Part shown: piece after piece, positions 1 through 10,900 of the stretch | How the letters are laid out: every line of letters begins with the position of its first letter | Position numbering within the stretch: position 1 is the stretch's first letter | Virus record (IMG/VR): IMGVR_UViG_3300006108_000010 | Coordinates: 62,001-121,597 of that record | Direction: 5' to 3' (one strand) | DNA length: 59,597 nucleotides | Origin: an uncultured virus (IMG/VR IMGVR_UViG_3300006108_000010) | Lineage: Duplodnaviria; Heunggongvirae; Uroviricota; Caudoviricetes | Notes under the pieces: model-generated | What the model was told of the DNA's origin: nothing | Seen by the model: the letters and a program-made list of their open reading frames with translations, nothing else | Databases searched by the model: none | Position numbers and translations under genes: made by a program

Positions 1-3000
1 GATTTTTATATAAATGATACATACAGCAATAGTCAATTAGCAAATGTTGCGCCACAAATAAAAGTCGATGCATTAAATGCTTATTATTCAGCCGCTACAC
101 CTTTAACAAGTTGTAATCCAATTTATTTAAATCAAACAAATATAATTGATACTACTAATGCTTCATCTGCTCAGTTTTCACCTGATGCAGATAATATCGT
201 AAAGAAATTCAAAATTTCAAATAATATTAATAATTACAGTGAGTTTAAATACGGAGGAATAGAACAGGCATATCTTTATAGATTTGAAAGAACTGATATC
301 CCAATTCAAGCTGGGTCTACTACGATACATTGGCCCATCCACACGTTTGATGCCGCAAATGACAACAATCCTATAACAATAACAAGCAATTATTGTTTAC
401 CTATAACATTAGGTGATATAAATCCAATGTATGCAATGGTTGGTGCTGTTGCTGGAACTAATGTTAACAATGCTGATGTAATTTATAAGCTTAATAGTAA
501 AACTGGCGATCCAATGGAAGCGGCTTGGCTCGGTTCCGGTGTAGTTTCTGGTTTAGATATAATAGCAAATTCAATTAATGTTTATGATTCGCCAGCTACA
601 AACTGTTCTTTACCCGTTGTAGGTAGCGTACAACCATCTTGTTCTTTTATAGCAAATGGCGGAGACAGAATTTCATTTATATGGTGTGATGCTGATACAC
701 CAGCTGACAATGTATTTAAATATGTTGAGCATCTTCCAACGTGTCCTTATGGCAAATCAATGCCTAATGATTTATATTCTGACCAAGATTACCAGAATCC
801 AAATCCAATTAATATTAATGATACTTGGAGTAAATGTATTTGCCATTCCGTAAACTATTCACCTATTGGTAACTATGGTAATAGTGTTCTTGATTATAAT
901 GGAATAGCTGATTATCTTTTTGCTGACCCACAGGGATTAGGCATAAATTTCAGTTTAAATAGCTGGACTGATACCAGAGGTTTTGATGCAAATAACAGTC
1001 CACAGTTTGCATTCTTCCAATTACAAAATGGAGATAGTCAGGTTGGATTCGGCGAAGGTACATGGAAAACTGGTAGTGGAGATCCATTTATATTAAAAAC
1101 TGGCAGACGTTACACTTATTACAGAACATCTTTAAGAGCAGACTATACTAGTAACGCAACCCCGCCGTATTTTGTATCAAATTATCAATATCAGAATATT
1201 AAAGGATTATATCAAAGTCCTGAAAATTACGATGTAGTAATATTATTAGACGTTAGTAGATCTGAAAGTAATAATATTGAAAACATGAAATCGATTGTGA
1301 TTTCTGTTATTGATAAAATACTAAACAATAATAATAATGTTGCTATAAATCCTAATTTTACACCACCAACAATACAAGTAAGTGTTGTAACCTTTGGAAC
1401 AAATCAATCACGTTTAAGTTATCTTACAAATAACTATTCAAATTTAGAATTATTTGTAAGCCAAGGTGTTTATGTTTCTCATGACCCTTCACAATATCAA
1501 ACAAATATTGCGGGTGCATTATCGATTGCACAAACATTGTTAACAACACAACAAGGAAATACAAATACGTTCTCAACTAGTTCAACCAATACAATTGCAT
1601 CGATATGTAATAATTTAAATTTTTATTTATATGAGGAAACATATGGTCAACCTACATATCTTAATAATCCGCAATATGTAACAAACCCAAATAATTCTAA
1701 ATCAAAAATATTAATTTTTAGTGATGGGTTAGAAAACGTTTATTTAGATTCAAACTCAAACGAGTATTCGGTTCTTACGAATAATTTATCCAGCGCAAGT
1801 AATTTTGCTAATAATTTAATACAACAAGGAATAGAGATTTATGGAATTAATATTGGAGACTTATCAAGTTCAAATGATTTAATTAAACAAATTTCTACTT
1901 CAAATGATTACTATTTTGATTTGGAAAGTTATTTGAAATCCGGTGACGGCAATACAGATAATTTCGCTGAATATATTTCTCAAAAACTAGGCTATTCTAT
2001 ATCTGTCAAACCGATGTGGTATAAAGCAATTAAAGATTCAACTGGTAATTGGAAATCTACTTATGAACTATCCGATATGGTTATCAGTGCTGGTGATTTT
2101 ATAATGTATAACCACAGAGGTTCAACAAGTTATACATGTCCAACAAATCCATATGCTAACTTTGCACAACCTTCAATTTCATTCATGATGAATGTTAAAC
2201 TTGATGGATGGGATTACACAACCAATACATTTGATACAAATAATAAAGGCGACTCGTATGGCGGTAGACCTTTCTGGGCAAATGTTTATACTTCACCAGA
2301 TGCTCTTAATAATTTTTATAAAGGTACAATGGCATTAGGTGGGCAGGTCAGATTCTTTAATGATTATGTTCCTTTCCATCAACCCGAAATATCATCAATG
2401 GTATTAAATGCTGGTGACAATATTCAATACGTTAGAAATTCACCAGATCAAATTATATGGAATCAACCTTTAACCTTTAATGTATTGATTTCATCCTATC
2501 AATGGAATCAATTAAATTTTAGTGAAAGTTATTCTAATTTAGCTGATTTCTTAAGAACTAATAAATTTGACGGTATTATTTATGATACCAATATTGCAAG
2601 TGAAATGACACTTGAGAGTTATTCTCAATTTAAACCTGCATATTACAATTATTACGCATTAAATTCATTTCAATATAATGAAGATCTTTATTATATAGAT
2701 AGATGTTTAACTAGTTTTGTTACCTATAACACAGCTATTACGATTCAACCAGCAGAACCATATGCACATTTAGATAACGTTCATTATCCAACAGTTGCAA
2801 CAGTTTCATTACCATCAAATGCAGTAACAGATAAACAAGTTGGTGAATATCTTTTACCTGAAAAATTAGGAACGTCTTTCTTCCGTGGAAGAGGTTATAC
2901 AATTGAGTTGGATAATAGTTCTTTAACATATATCGATTCAATAAGTGCCGAAAGAATGTTCTTGGATTTAGGAAAGTACGGACCTCGTCAGCGTGGTCTC

Positions 3001-4221
3001 ACTAAAAAGGATCAAATAACACCAACAATGATAACTGATATATCCAATGGTTGGATATATGAACCTTATAGCTCTGCATCTAAGGCTGGTGTAATGACTG
3101 ATGTTTTAGAGAATCAAAAATTAACTCCTTATCAAACCAGTTACGAAATATACCAAAAAAATTATTATGGTTTAGCACGACAAAATGACGTAGTTGAATT
3201 TTGGACACCAAATAAAAATGGAATTGAAATATGGAATGATACAACAAACTATCCATTAAATTTTATTAAAGAATTACCTCCTTCAGAATACACACAAAGA
3301 AAAGAAAAATTATTAACTAACATGGGTAATCTTAATAATTGGAGAACCGATGTTTTCGGTAATGATTATGGTATCTATAAACAATTTTCTCCAGTTGATT
3401 TGGATGGTTTATACATGTGGTTCTCCGCTGATTATGGTGTAGTCAATACTGTTAATACAACCAATCCATTCCTTCCTGACACCTTTGCAACAAATTTAGG
3501 CGATACTGTTGCAAAATGGATTGATCGCAGCGGTAAAAATAACTATTTGGTAACAGATATAGGATCACCAGTTTTAAGCTCCTTTAATGGAATGCCAACA
3601 GTAAACTTTGGTGTATCTAGTAACATGCATAACTTGTATAATCTTAATAATAGCGAAGTAACAATGTTTGTAGTTGGTGCGTATGCTAATGCTAATAATT
3701 TATATTCGTTTGATAACTATCAAGTTATTGCAGCTTTTGGAACATATTTAAGCTCGGCAGATCTTAAATATGTGAGTGATGGTGCATTGGTATTCAGTCA
3801 AAAATATAACGATTTTAACTTTGTTTTTGGTAATACCCAAGGTGGATATAGTCCAACTTCTGCAATAAACATACCTTATATAGAATTAACAGATTATTAT
3901 GGATATTATAATAATACTTTCTATCCTCCGACAAGTAATTTATATCTATTTGAAACCGTGTTTAGCCAGCCTTATGCTGAAGTATACATAAACGGAACTC
4001 TGTTTGCTGATAACAAAGGGACACTTGTTCCGTCAGATAGTGCAAATTACTTTGATGCGCCTTTAGCGTCAACGGGTGGTTTTTATATTGGTTCTTACAT
4101 TCAGAATGCTTTAACAACTAATTGTAGTATATCGGAAATTATATTCTACAATCGTGCATTAACAGATTCCGAAAGACAACAAATCGAAGAATATTTAAAC
4201 AATAAATATTCTATATATTAA
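1..4221 (+). CDS. Large virion/baseplate-associated protein with VWA domain and C-terminal LamG-like domain (5'-truncated by the window)
   Basis: Frame 1 is open from base 1 into the tracked ORF at 427, so the gene starts outside the window. VWA MIDAS motif YDVVILLDVSRSES (~1228-1269) with TNIAGAL and ILIFSDG. C-terminal LYMWFSAD...WIDRSG...ISEIIFYNRALTDSERQQIEEYL is typical of phage LamG/concanavalin-like domains. Confidence 0.7.
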   Translation, partial: DFYINDTYSNSQLANVAPQIKVDALNAYYSAATPLTSCNPIYLNQTNIIDTTNASSAQFSPDADNIVKKFKISNNINNYSEFKYGGIEQAYLYRFERTDIPIQAGSTTIHWPIHTFDAANDNNPITITSNYCLPITLGDINPMYAMVGAVAGTNVNNADVIYKLNSKTGDPMEAAWLGSGVVSGLDIIANSINVYDSPATNCSLPVVGSVQPSCSFIANGGDRISFIWCDADTPADNVFKYVEHLPTCPYGKSMPNDLYSDQDYQNPNPININDTWSKCICHSVNYSPIGNYGNSVLDYNGIADYLFADPQGLGINFSLNSWTDTRGFDANNSPQFAFFQLQNGDSQVGFGEGTWKTGSGDPFILKTGRRYTYYRTSLRADYTSNATPPYFVSNYQYQNIKGLYQSPENYDVVILLDVSRSESNNIENMKSIVISVIDKILNNNNNVAINPNFTPPTIQVSVVTFGTNQSRLSYLTNNYSNLELFVSQGVYVSHDPSQYQTNIAGALSIAQTLLTTQQGNTNTFSTSSTNTIASICNNLNFYLYEETYGQPTYLNNPQYVTNPNNSKSKILIFSDGLENVYLDSNSNEYSVLTNNLSSASNFANNLIQQGIEIYGINIGDLSSSNDLIKQISTSNDYYFDLESYLKSGDGNTDNFAEYISQKLGYSISVKPMWYKAIKDSTGNWKSTYELSDMVISAGDFIMYNHRGSTSYTCPTNPYANFAQPSISFMMNVKLDGWDYTTNTFDTNNKGDSYGGRPFWANVYTSPDALNNFYKGTMALGGQVRFFNDYVPFHQPEISSMVLNAGDNIQYVRNSPDQIIWNQPLTFNVLISSYQWNQLNFSESYSNLADFLRTNKFDGIIYDTNIASEMTLESYSQFKPAYYNYYALNSFQYNEDLYYIDRCLTSFVTYNTAITIQPAEPYAHLDNVHYPTVATVSLPSNAVTDKQVGEYLLPEKLGTSFFRGRGYTIELDNSSLTYIDSISAERMFLDLGKYGPRQRGLTKKDQITPTMITDISNGWIYEPYSSASKAGVMTDVLENQKLTPYQTSYEIYQKNYYGLARQNDVVEFWTPNKNGIEIWNDTTNYPLNFIKELPPSEYTQRKEKLLTNMGNLNNWRTDVFGNDYGIYKQFSPVDLDGLYMWFSADYGVVNTVNTTNPFLPDTFATNLGDTVAKWIDRSGKNNYLVTDIGSPVLSSFNGMPTVNFGVSSNMHNLYNLNNSEVTMFVVGAYANANNLYSFDNYQVIAAFGTYLSSADLKYVSDGALVFSQKYNDFNFVFGNTQGGYSPTSAINIPYIELTDYYGYYNNTFYPPTSNLYLFETVFSQPYAEVYINGTLFADNKGTLVPSDSANYFDAPLASTGGFYIGSYIQNALTTNCSISEIIFYNRALTDSERQQIEEYLNNKYSIY

Positions 4222-4672
4222 CAAGAGACAATAAATAATTTGCTCTGTTAAATTTTGTTAAGATATCATCTCTGGTATTATTAATACCAGATTTTACTGA
4301 TGTTATGTAATTGTTAAACTCAAGAGAAGTGAGAATATTTTGAACTATCTCATTAGTTTTATTATACGTATTAACTATATCTTGAGCATTACCTTTGAAT
4401 TGATCTATATTATTAATATCAATATTGGTGACAAACATTGGAAATTTTATGTTTTGAACTCTTGATGTGCCAATAATCTCCTCTTGTAAAGTGTCAAATA
4501 ACTCATCTAAATCTTCATATAATTTACCTAAAATTTTATGAACTTGGTAATCATTAGAGTACCAATGACACATATGAATTAATGTATTAATTTTTTTAAG
4601 AAAGATACCAAAATGGCGTGTTGGATCTACTGGGTCTTCTTGTGACTTTACTTGTATTATTTCTATTTCCAT
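4211..4672 (-). CDS. Dps/ferritin-like four-helix-bundle protein
   Basis: Motif HMCHW...HKILGKLYEDLDELFDTLQEEIIG matches the Dps-type pattern H-W...H...D...E. C-terminal helix ends RANYLL. Confidence 0.7.
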   Translation of the reverse strand: MEIEIIQVKSQEDPVDPTRHFGIFLKKINTLIHMCHWYSNDYQVHKILGKLYEDLDELFDTLQEEIIGTSRVQNIKFPMFVTNIDINNIDQFKGNAQDIVNTYNKTNEIVQNILTSLEFNNYITSVKSGINNTRDDILTKFNRANYLLSLVNI

Positions 4673-4675
4673 AAA

Positions 4676-5077
4676 TTATTTTTTAACATAGGTTAAGGTT
4701 CTTATTAAATAATCTCCCAGTTGATTATCAACCTTTGAATAAAGTTTATAATCAGTTGGATCGATTTCTACTTTAGGTAAATTTGGTTTATTAGAAATTT
4801 TTTTAATTTGTTCTTGTTTATGAGCAATTTTGCGTATATCGACACCTTCGCCTTTTAAAGCATCTAAAAAGGCATCTTTATCTTTAAAGAACAATCTCCA
4901 AACTGGAATTGGCACTAATATATTAAGTGCAAAAGCTCTTGCTGAGCAAGTTTTGCAAGGCGTGTCGCTTTTGGTAATAATTTTTGTTAACCACCCAATT
5001 AATTTAGAATGCAGTACACAAGCTACTACATCTCCTAATCCCTCTGCATATCTAAATTTTAACTTTGGATGCTTCAT
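4676..5077 (-). CDS. Hypothetical phage protein with GLGD...CxxCxxR...LN motif
   Basis: 133-aa ORF; GLGDVVA...PCKTCSARAFALN; TAAATA box at 5085-5090. Confidence 0.6.
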   Translation of the reverse strand: MKHPKLKFRYAEGLGDVVACVLHSKLIGWLTKIITKSDTPCKTCSARAFALNILVPIPVWRLFFKDKDAFLDALKGEGVDIRKIAHKQEQIKKISNKPNLPKVEIDPTDYKLYSKVDNQLGDYLIRTLTYVKK

Positions 5078-5083
5078 TGTTTA

Positions 5084-5440
5084 CTATTTATTATGTTTTG
5101 CAAGAATTTCCAATATAGTGCTGCTCATCTCTTTAAATTCGGAATTAAACAAGTTAGCATTTTTGGATATCAAATTTAATTGTTTTATTACATTAATTAA
5201 TTGAATACCAATAGGATATGATTTTAAAATTTCTTGATATGCTTTTTGGGCTTCATCGAGTTCGATGGTTTTTTTATTAGAAACCATTGCTCCATTATCA
5301 TAATCACCTTCCCAATGCCATAATTTTAAATCAGAATATTCTTCTGGTAATTTCTTCTTAAGAATATTAATCTTGTCATTATTAGGCAATTCTGGACTAT
5401 ATCCAATGAATTGTTTATTGGCGTTAAATAAAGCAAACAT
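5084..5440 (-). CDS. Hypothetical protein
   Basis: 118-aa ORF packed tightly in the minus-strand run. Confidence 0.6.
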   Translation of the reverse strand: MFALFNANKQFIGYSPELPNNDKINILKKKLPEEYSDLKLWHWEGDYDNGAMVSNKKTIELDEAQKAYQEILKSYPIGIQLINVIKQLNLISKNANLFNSEFKEMSSTILEILAKHNK

Positions 5441-5441
5441 T

Positions 5442-6326
5442 TTATGTTAAGATTGCATCATATGAAATCCAAGCAGGAATTTTTAAATTTGGATCTATCG
5501 CTGCTATAAATTTAACTGTATATAAACTTTGCATATATACATTATTTTGACCATATTCTACCTTTATAGTTCTATTATAATTTTCTAATGATTTAGTAGA
5601 AGCAGGTATTATATTACCAAGTTGACCGACCGCATTGGAATAAACGTTATGGAATTGGTAATCATCATTATAAGAAGTATATGAACCAATAGCTTTGCTA
5701 CCAAGTGCGGCAATTGCATATGTATTTATTTGAGATGTACTTGTTGCATTATTAACAACCCCATTTGGATAAGCATAATCATTACCAGTTAATGGCACAA
5801 AAACCGTTCCATGAATATTTCCACTTGTATTGATTGGTGTCGTAAAAATTGGCATTACTACATTTGCTCTTGTACCTAAATTGTAGGATTTTACTGGAAA
5901 TTTATTGTTGAGATATGAAAGCATTTGTGTGCTTAAAGTATAAAATGCGGTGGATATATAGTTATTTGTTGGTACAATGCCATCCGATATAACTCCATTA
6001 TTGTAAGAATCGGGTGTATAAATGTTGTATTCATACATTACGGTAAATTCTGATGTATCCCAATAAGAACTTAAAGTTTGAATGACGTTATGATTTAATT
6101 GATAACTGCTTATTGCCTGAGATGAAAAATTAGAAGCTAACCAATTTAAGTTTGGTATCATTGAAGACAGTTCATTAAACCATGTCAGAATACTATCTTG
6201 TCCTAAGAAACTCTCAGACGAGATATTACAAATTAATGTATCAATAGCGAGGATGTTATAGTTGTGTTTTCCTACGGAATCTCCTACGCAATCAGTTGGT
6301 TCGATTTCAAATGTTAAGCTTCTCAT
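5442..6326 (-). CDS. Putative structural protein, paralogue 1 of 3
   Basis: Shares N-terminal D-x-(V/I)GDS...N-x-N and central YLNNKFP motif with the next two genes. Confidence 0.55.
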   Translation of the reverse strand: MRSLTFEIEPTDCVGDSVGKHNYNILAIDTLICNISSESFLGQDSILTWFNELSSMIPNLNWLASNFSSQAISSYQLNHNVIQTLSSYWDTSEFTVMYEYNIYTPDSYNNGVISDGIVPTNNYISTAFYTLSTQMLSYLNNKFPVKSYNLGTRANVVMPIFTTPINTSGNIHGTVFVPLTGNDYAYPNGVVNNATSTSQINTYAIAALGSKAIGSYTSYNDDYQFHNVYSNAVGQLGNIIPASTKSLENYNRTIKVEYGQNNVYMQSLYTVKFIAAIDPNLKIPAWISYDAILT

Positions 6327-6329
6327 ATA

Positions 6330-7064
6330 TTATATTTGTTTTACGTAGTTCCAAACGCATCCTTCCATATTATAAAGTAAACAATGTATATTAGTATCTT
6401 CTGATATATCAGTATAACTTGTATATAAAGTTGCTTCTATGCTTGGGCTGTAATAATGTCCCCCCGTCTGAGCATAATAACACGGTTCAGCTACGTTTTC
6501 TGTACAAGGTGAAGAACCGCCACATGCTTTATTACCGTTTGAACACGCAGCAGTTCCGGTAAAACTTGTTGAGCAATTAAATGCTATATTTAAATCACTC
6601 GTTACGCATGTTGTTGAATTTGCAAATAAAATTGGTGGCATAGAATTAACAGTTGTGTCCTGTATTATTACATTAACATATGCTTTTTGATTTTCTACAT
6701 ATAAATTTTCATTTGGTGGAAAATTAGTATTTAACCAATTTGTAATATCCGCAGGATTTTGTATAGACGCAACTGGATTTGCATAAAAAACAACTAGGGG
6801 TTCTATCCACTTTGCGCTGTTTTGTGATACAAGAGACACACAAGAATCCCATTTACCTTTATTTGAACTTGCTTGATTAACAATAGTGCTAAACTGACCC
6901 GACATAGTTTTATAATAATCTTTAAGAGGTAACCATAAATTATTAGCACTGAATTGAATAGTATTTGTTACATATTCATCTAAATTTAAATAATTTGAAT
7001 TTACAGCGGATAAAGAATCCCCTATACTATCAGTTGATAAAATTTTTATAAATGTATAGCTCAT
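6330..7064 (-). CDS. Putative structural protein with Cys-rich loop, paralogue 2 of 3
   Basis: DSIGDSLSAVNSNYLNLD; WLNTNFP; six-Cys insert near the C-terminus. Confidence 0.55.
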   Translation of the reverse strand: MSYTFIKILSTDSIGDSLSAVNSNYLNLDEYVTNTIQFSANNLWLPLKDYYKTMSGQFSTIVNQASSNKGKWDSCVSLVSQNSAKWIEPLVVFYANPVASIQNPADITNWLNTNFPPNENLYVENQKAYVNVIIQDTTVNSMPPILFANSTTCVTSDLNIAFNCSTSFTGTAACSNGNKACGGSSPCTENVAEPCYYAQTGGHYYSPSIEATLYTSYTDISEDTNIHCLLYNMEGCVWNYVKQI

Positions 7065-7065
7065 A

Positions 7066-7899
7066 TTATGATGTTAATGCCCATGTTTGGGTTCCGGTTG
7101 GTATATAATATCTTAGTTTTATTGCCCTAGCAGTAAACGTATCGGTTTCTATTTGTGAATATGGCGTTTTATTTGCTGGTATTATTATAGTTCCTGCGCC
7201 CGAATCGGGTGTGCATTGATAGGTTTTTGTTTGTGGTGCAGTAGATGTTCCGCAGTGTAAAAGATAATTATCACAATTACCATACCCTGCTGCGCCGCCG
7301 TGATGGTTGCAATTGTTTGAACCACCTGGCACGGGGCAATCAGTAGTGCATCCTGTGGCAGTACCAGAAGCACCAGCCCCTGTTAAATGACAATCATGGT
7401 AATAATAAGCTTGAAAGTCTGTTAAATCAAATTCAAAATTTTCATATACATTTACGTAAACCGAAATAACTTGTTGTGGTGCAAAATTATTAACAGGAAA
7501 ATTTAAATTGATCCAGTTTATAACATCATGACTAATATATGTAGCAGACGTTTGAATCCAATCTTGGATTTCATACATTTTATTATAATAAATTGCAAAT
7601 TCATTAGCCCAACCAGAACTTAAAGAATTTACTAAATTATAATCATTATTCCATCTTGATGCATAAGTTTTAACATTATTAAATGCTCCTAACCATGCTG
7701 AACTACTATTTGCAAAAACCGTATAAACACTGTTAAAATAATCTCCAGAATCTTCTATAGATTCTATTGCAGAACTGAGAGTATTAAAATTGCTGTTTAT
7801 GTATTGTAATGAATTTGAAAGACAAAAGGTTTGGTCAATCAAAAAAGCATTTGAACAAGTTGGTGTTGTTTTGTTAAAAATTGTATTTACGTCTGCCAT
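7066..7899 (-). CDS. Putative structural protein with Cys/His-rich loop, paralogue 3 of 3
   Basis: CLSNSLQYINSNFNTL; WINLNFP; seven-Cys insert with NHHGG. Confidence 0.55.
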   Translation of the reverse strand: MADVNTIFNKTTPTCSNAFLIDQTFCLSNSLQYINSNFNTLSSAIESIEDSGDYFNSVYTVFANSSSAWLGAFNNVKTYASRWNNDYNLVNSLSSGWANEFAIYYNKMYEIQDWIQTSATYISHDVINWINLNFPVNNFAPQQVISVYVNVYENFEFDLTDFQAYYYHDCHLTGAGASGTATGCTTDCPVPGGSNNCNHHGGAAGYGNCDNYLLHCGTSTAPQTKTYQCTPDSGAGTIIIPANKTPYSQIETDTFTARAIKLRYYIPTGTQTWALTS

Positions 7900-7900
7900 G

Positions 7901-10900
7901 TTATTTCCAGTTTATTTTATATAGTGAAGTATTAGCAGGAGCTATTTTAGCAATATTTGCTTCTATACCAGCTTCAATTGCTGCTTTTACTTCGCCATTA
8001 TCAATATTTAAATTATGAATATTAATGTTAAAATATTTACTCTTACTACCAGGAAGCTGATTCTTATACCAGTATTTAATCTGTTCTATGTAATTTCTGT
8101 CTCCTACTGACATATTCCATAATAAAGTTCTATCTTTTGCACCATATTGAGATGATAGATATATTTGTTCAATTTCTCCTTGTGTCAAAGACTTATTATA
8201 CATTCTTAAATCTGCAACCTTGCCTACAAACTTATAACCATTATCAATTTGAATAATATCATTAAGCGTAGTATTTTGAATAGTTTCAGCACCTAAAAGT
8301 AATGATGTTCTGTAAGTGTAATATAACTGATAGATTTCAGGTGTAAAATCTTGCTCTGCAACTAGTATGGAATCAAGATATGCTTTGGCTGTACCACTAT
8401 AAGAATCAAATACGAATGCAAAATGATGCCAACCATTTGCAATATTGTTTAAATTATATGGTAAAGTTAAAAGATTATAATTTTCTGGATTTTGTCCATT
8501 AGGTGTTGCTACTTTAAATTGCCAACCAAAACTTTTGGTAACCGTAGCAAATTTTCTAAGATATTGATAACCCGTAAAATCGCCTAATGTTGCCATTTGC
8601 ATATTCGGATTATTTGTTAACCCTAAGAAATTCAATTTTGTTAAGATTGCACCGTTTTGATCAAGTGTATAAATTACTTCATCATTTAAATCTACCAATA
8701 ATACTCTATCATCTGTAGAGGCGGTCGTAACTTCACATTTATTGGAATATTGATCTTTTGGAACTCTTATAAAATTAATAAATCTTGGTTTAGCATAATT
8801 GAAGAAACATGGATCTGGTGACAACCCAGACTTTGAACCAATTCTATTTGTAAATAAAATTTTATTATTAACTGTATCAATTTTTGATACACTATCTTGA
8901 GAGCTTAATACCCATAAATAATTGTCTGCATCAACAGACATTTGTTGAACCACACCTATGTTTGCAAATACAACTTGATTTTTATAAAGATTTCCACCTA
9001 CTACTTCCCAAACGTTATTATTGTTATCTATTACGGATTGTGTTCCGTAACATTGAATTAAATTATTATTCAAATCTATCTGGATAGTATTAACATTATT
9101 TGATGGGAAAATACCACTTGATACGAATTTGCCATCTGGTGACATTACTACATAATTTTGTGTAGTATTATCGTAAATGTAAAAATTATTATTTCCGTCT
9201 AATTCAATTTGAGTTATGCTATTTAATTTTCCATTTAAATTTTGAGTTAAAACTGGATCATTAGTTGTTCTAATAATAATTTTATTATTAATATCAAATT
9301 TTGTACCACCTATGCCAACTGTATCAAATACCCAATAACTATAATCTAAAAGTCTTTGTACTATTTTATTCGAACCCTTTACCAAATAGGAATCGGTTGC
9401 ACTAACGCTTGGCAGTTTTGTAAATAAATAATTTAAGTTATAAACTTTAGATCCTGCTATTGGATCGTTACTATCGACTAATGTAATAATCGGCGTAGTT
9501 AAAGACGATTGGTTAATTAACCCAAATCCGCTTTCGTAATAGTTTCCGAATATTTGATTACCTGCAATATTTGTCCAATCAGGCGGATTTATCCATAATG
9601 AAACAGTTAACTGATCCTGAGATAGTAATTGTGTCGTTGCTGGAAATAGTGCATGGTTTGATCCATCTAAGTTAATATAATCACCAACTAAATTGGTTGG
9701 GTTATTAAAATACAATATACCTTCACCCTGTAGTGGAGATTCATCAACAAGCGGAGATGATAACCATTGACTAATTGTTAAAATAGAATTAGCAGAAAGA
9801 TGTTGAACAAAGTTTTTTCTGTTGTTAATACCCGTATGGAAATATCTATAAAATGCACCTGGTTCTAAATACATCTCAGAAGGTAAATCAAATGTATAAT
9901 TTTCTGTTAAATTTAACCTATCATTATATTCTATTACCTTTGCTGAAAGTGCTTGATCGGTCGTGTAATAAGCAGCGTTATAATATCTATCCATCCACAT
10001 TTTATCACCTGTCATAGTTCCAGATAACCATGAGCATAACCAAGTGTTATTGTATTTTGTAATGGATGGTGGTTGAGGAGAATCGGGAATTATTTGAGAG
10101 TAGTCTTGAATCTTTACAAATATTCTATCTGATGTAAACGGAATTTCTCCTGCGATTGCGCCATCTTCTATTAATCCAGCTGAACTTAACGGAACTCTTT
10201 CCGATGTTGGACTGAAAACAAATTGGGTGTCCTGATCACTTGGAAAATTCATTTCCAATGTATTTGCAGTATAACCCAAATACACATTATCTAATCCTTT
10301 ATCTTGATTAGTTCCAGTATAAACATTTTCATATTTTCTTCTTACTCCATTTTGACCTTGAACGTAATCAAACCCAAAACTATAATTATATTCTGGTGTT
10401 TGATAATTTTTTAAACCGTGAATAGCTAACGGATAAACTACACCCTTTGATGTTTTAATTGGATATTGATATGGAAATATACCAAGATAATTTTGAGTAT
10501 AAAGTGAATTAGCCGTTGATGGATTTACTGTTAAAGTACTTTGATTATAAGTCGGAGAAACTTCATAAGATACTAAAAAGCTATTCTTAATATCACTATT
10601 AAGAGGCGGAACTTCTTGATAAGAAGTAAAGTTTAATGATGCCTCATGAGGAAATAACGTAGCAGATGTTAAATATGATAAGGAGCTTAAAACATAAAAG
10701 CCACTACTATTTTTAGTAACAGCATTTTGGAATCTGGGTAAAAGATTAGCGTCATCAATTTGGAAAAGAGATATCGTGTTCGGTCCTAACGCATAGTCGA
10801 ATCTCTGAGCATCAACATATGTTGTTGCGCTACTTAAGGTTGGTACAATTTGAGGAGTAAAGATCAAACCATTATCTCCTGTAAATAAACTAGTCATGAG

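Noticed and set aside
427..429. Tracked start codons at 427, 59035, 39194, 39148 and 44427
   Set aside because: 427 and 59035 are internal to frames open to the window edges. The other three are upstream extensions; better starts are 39149, 39181 and 44394.
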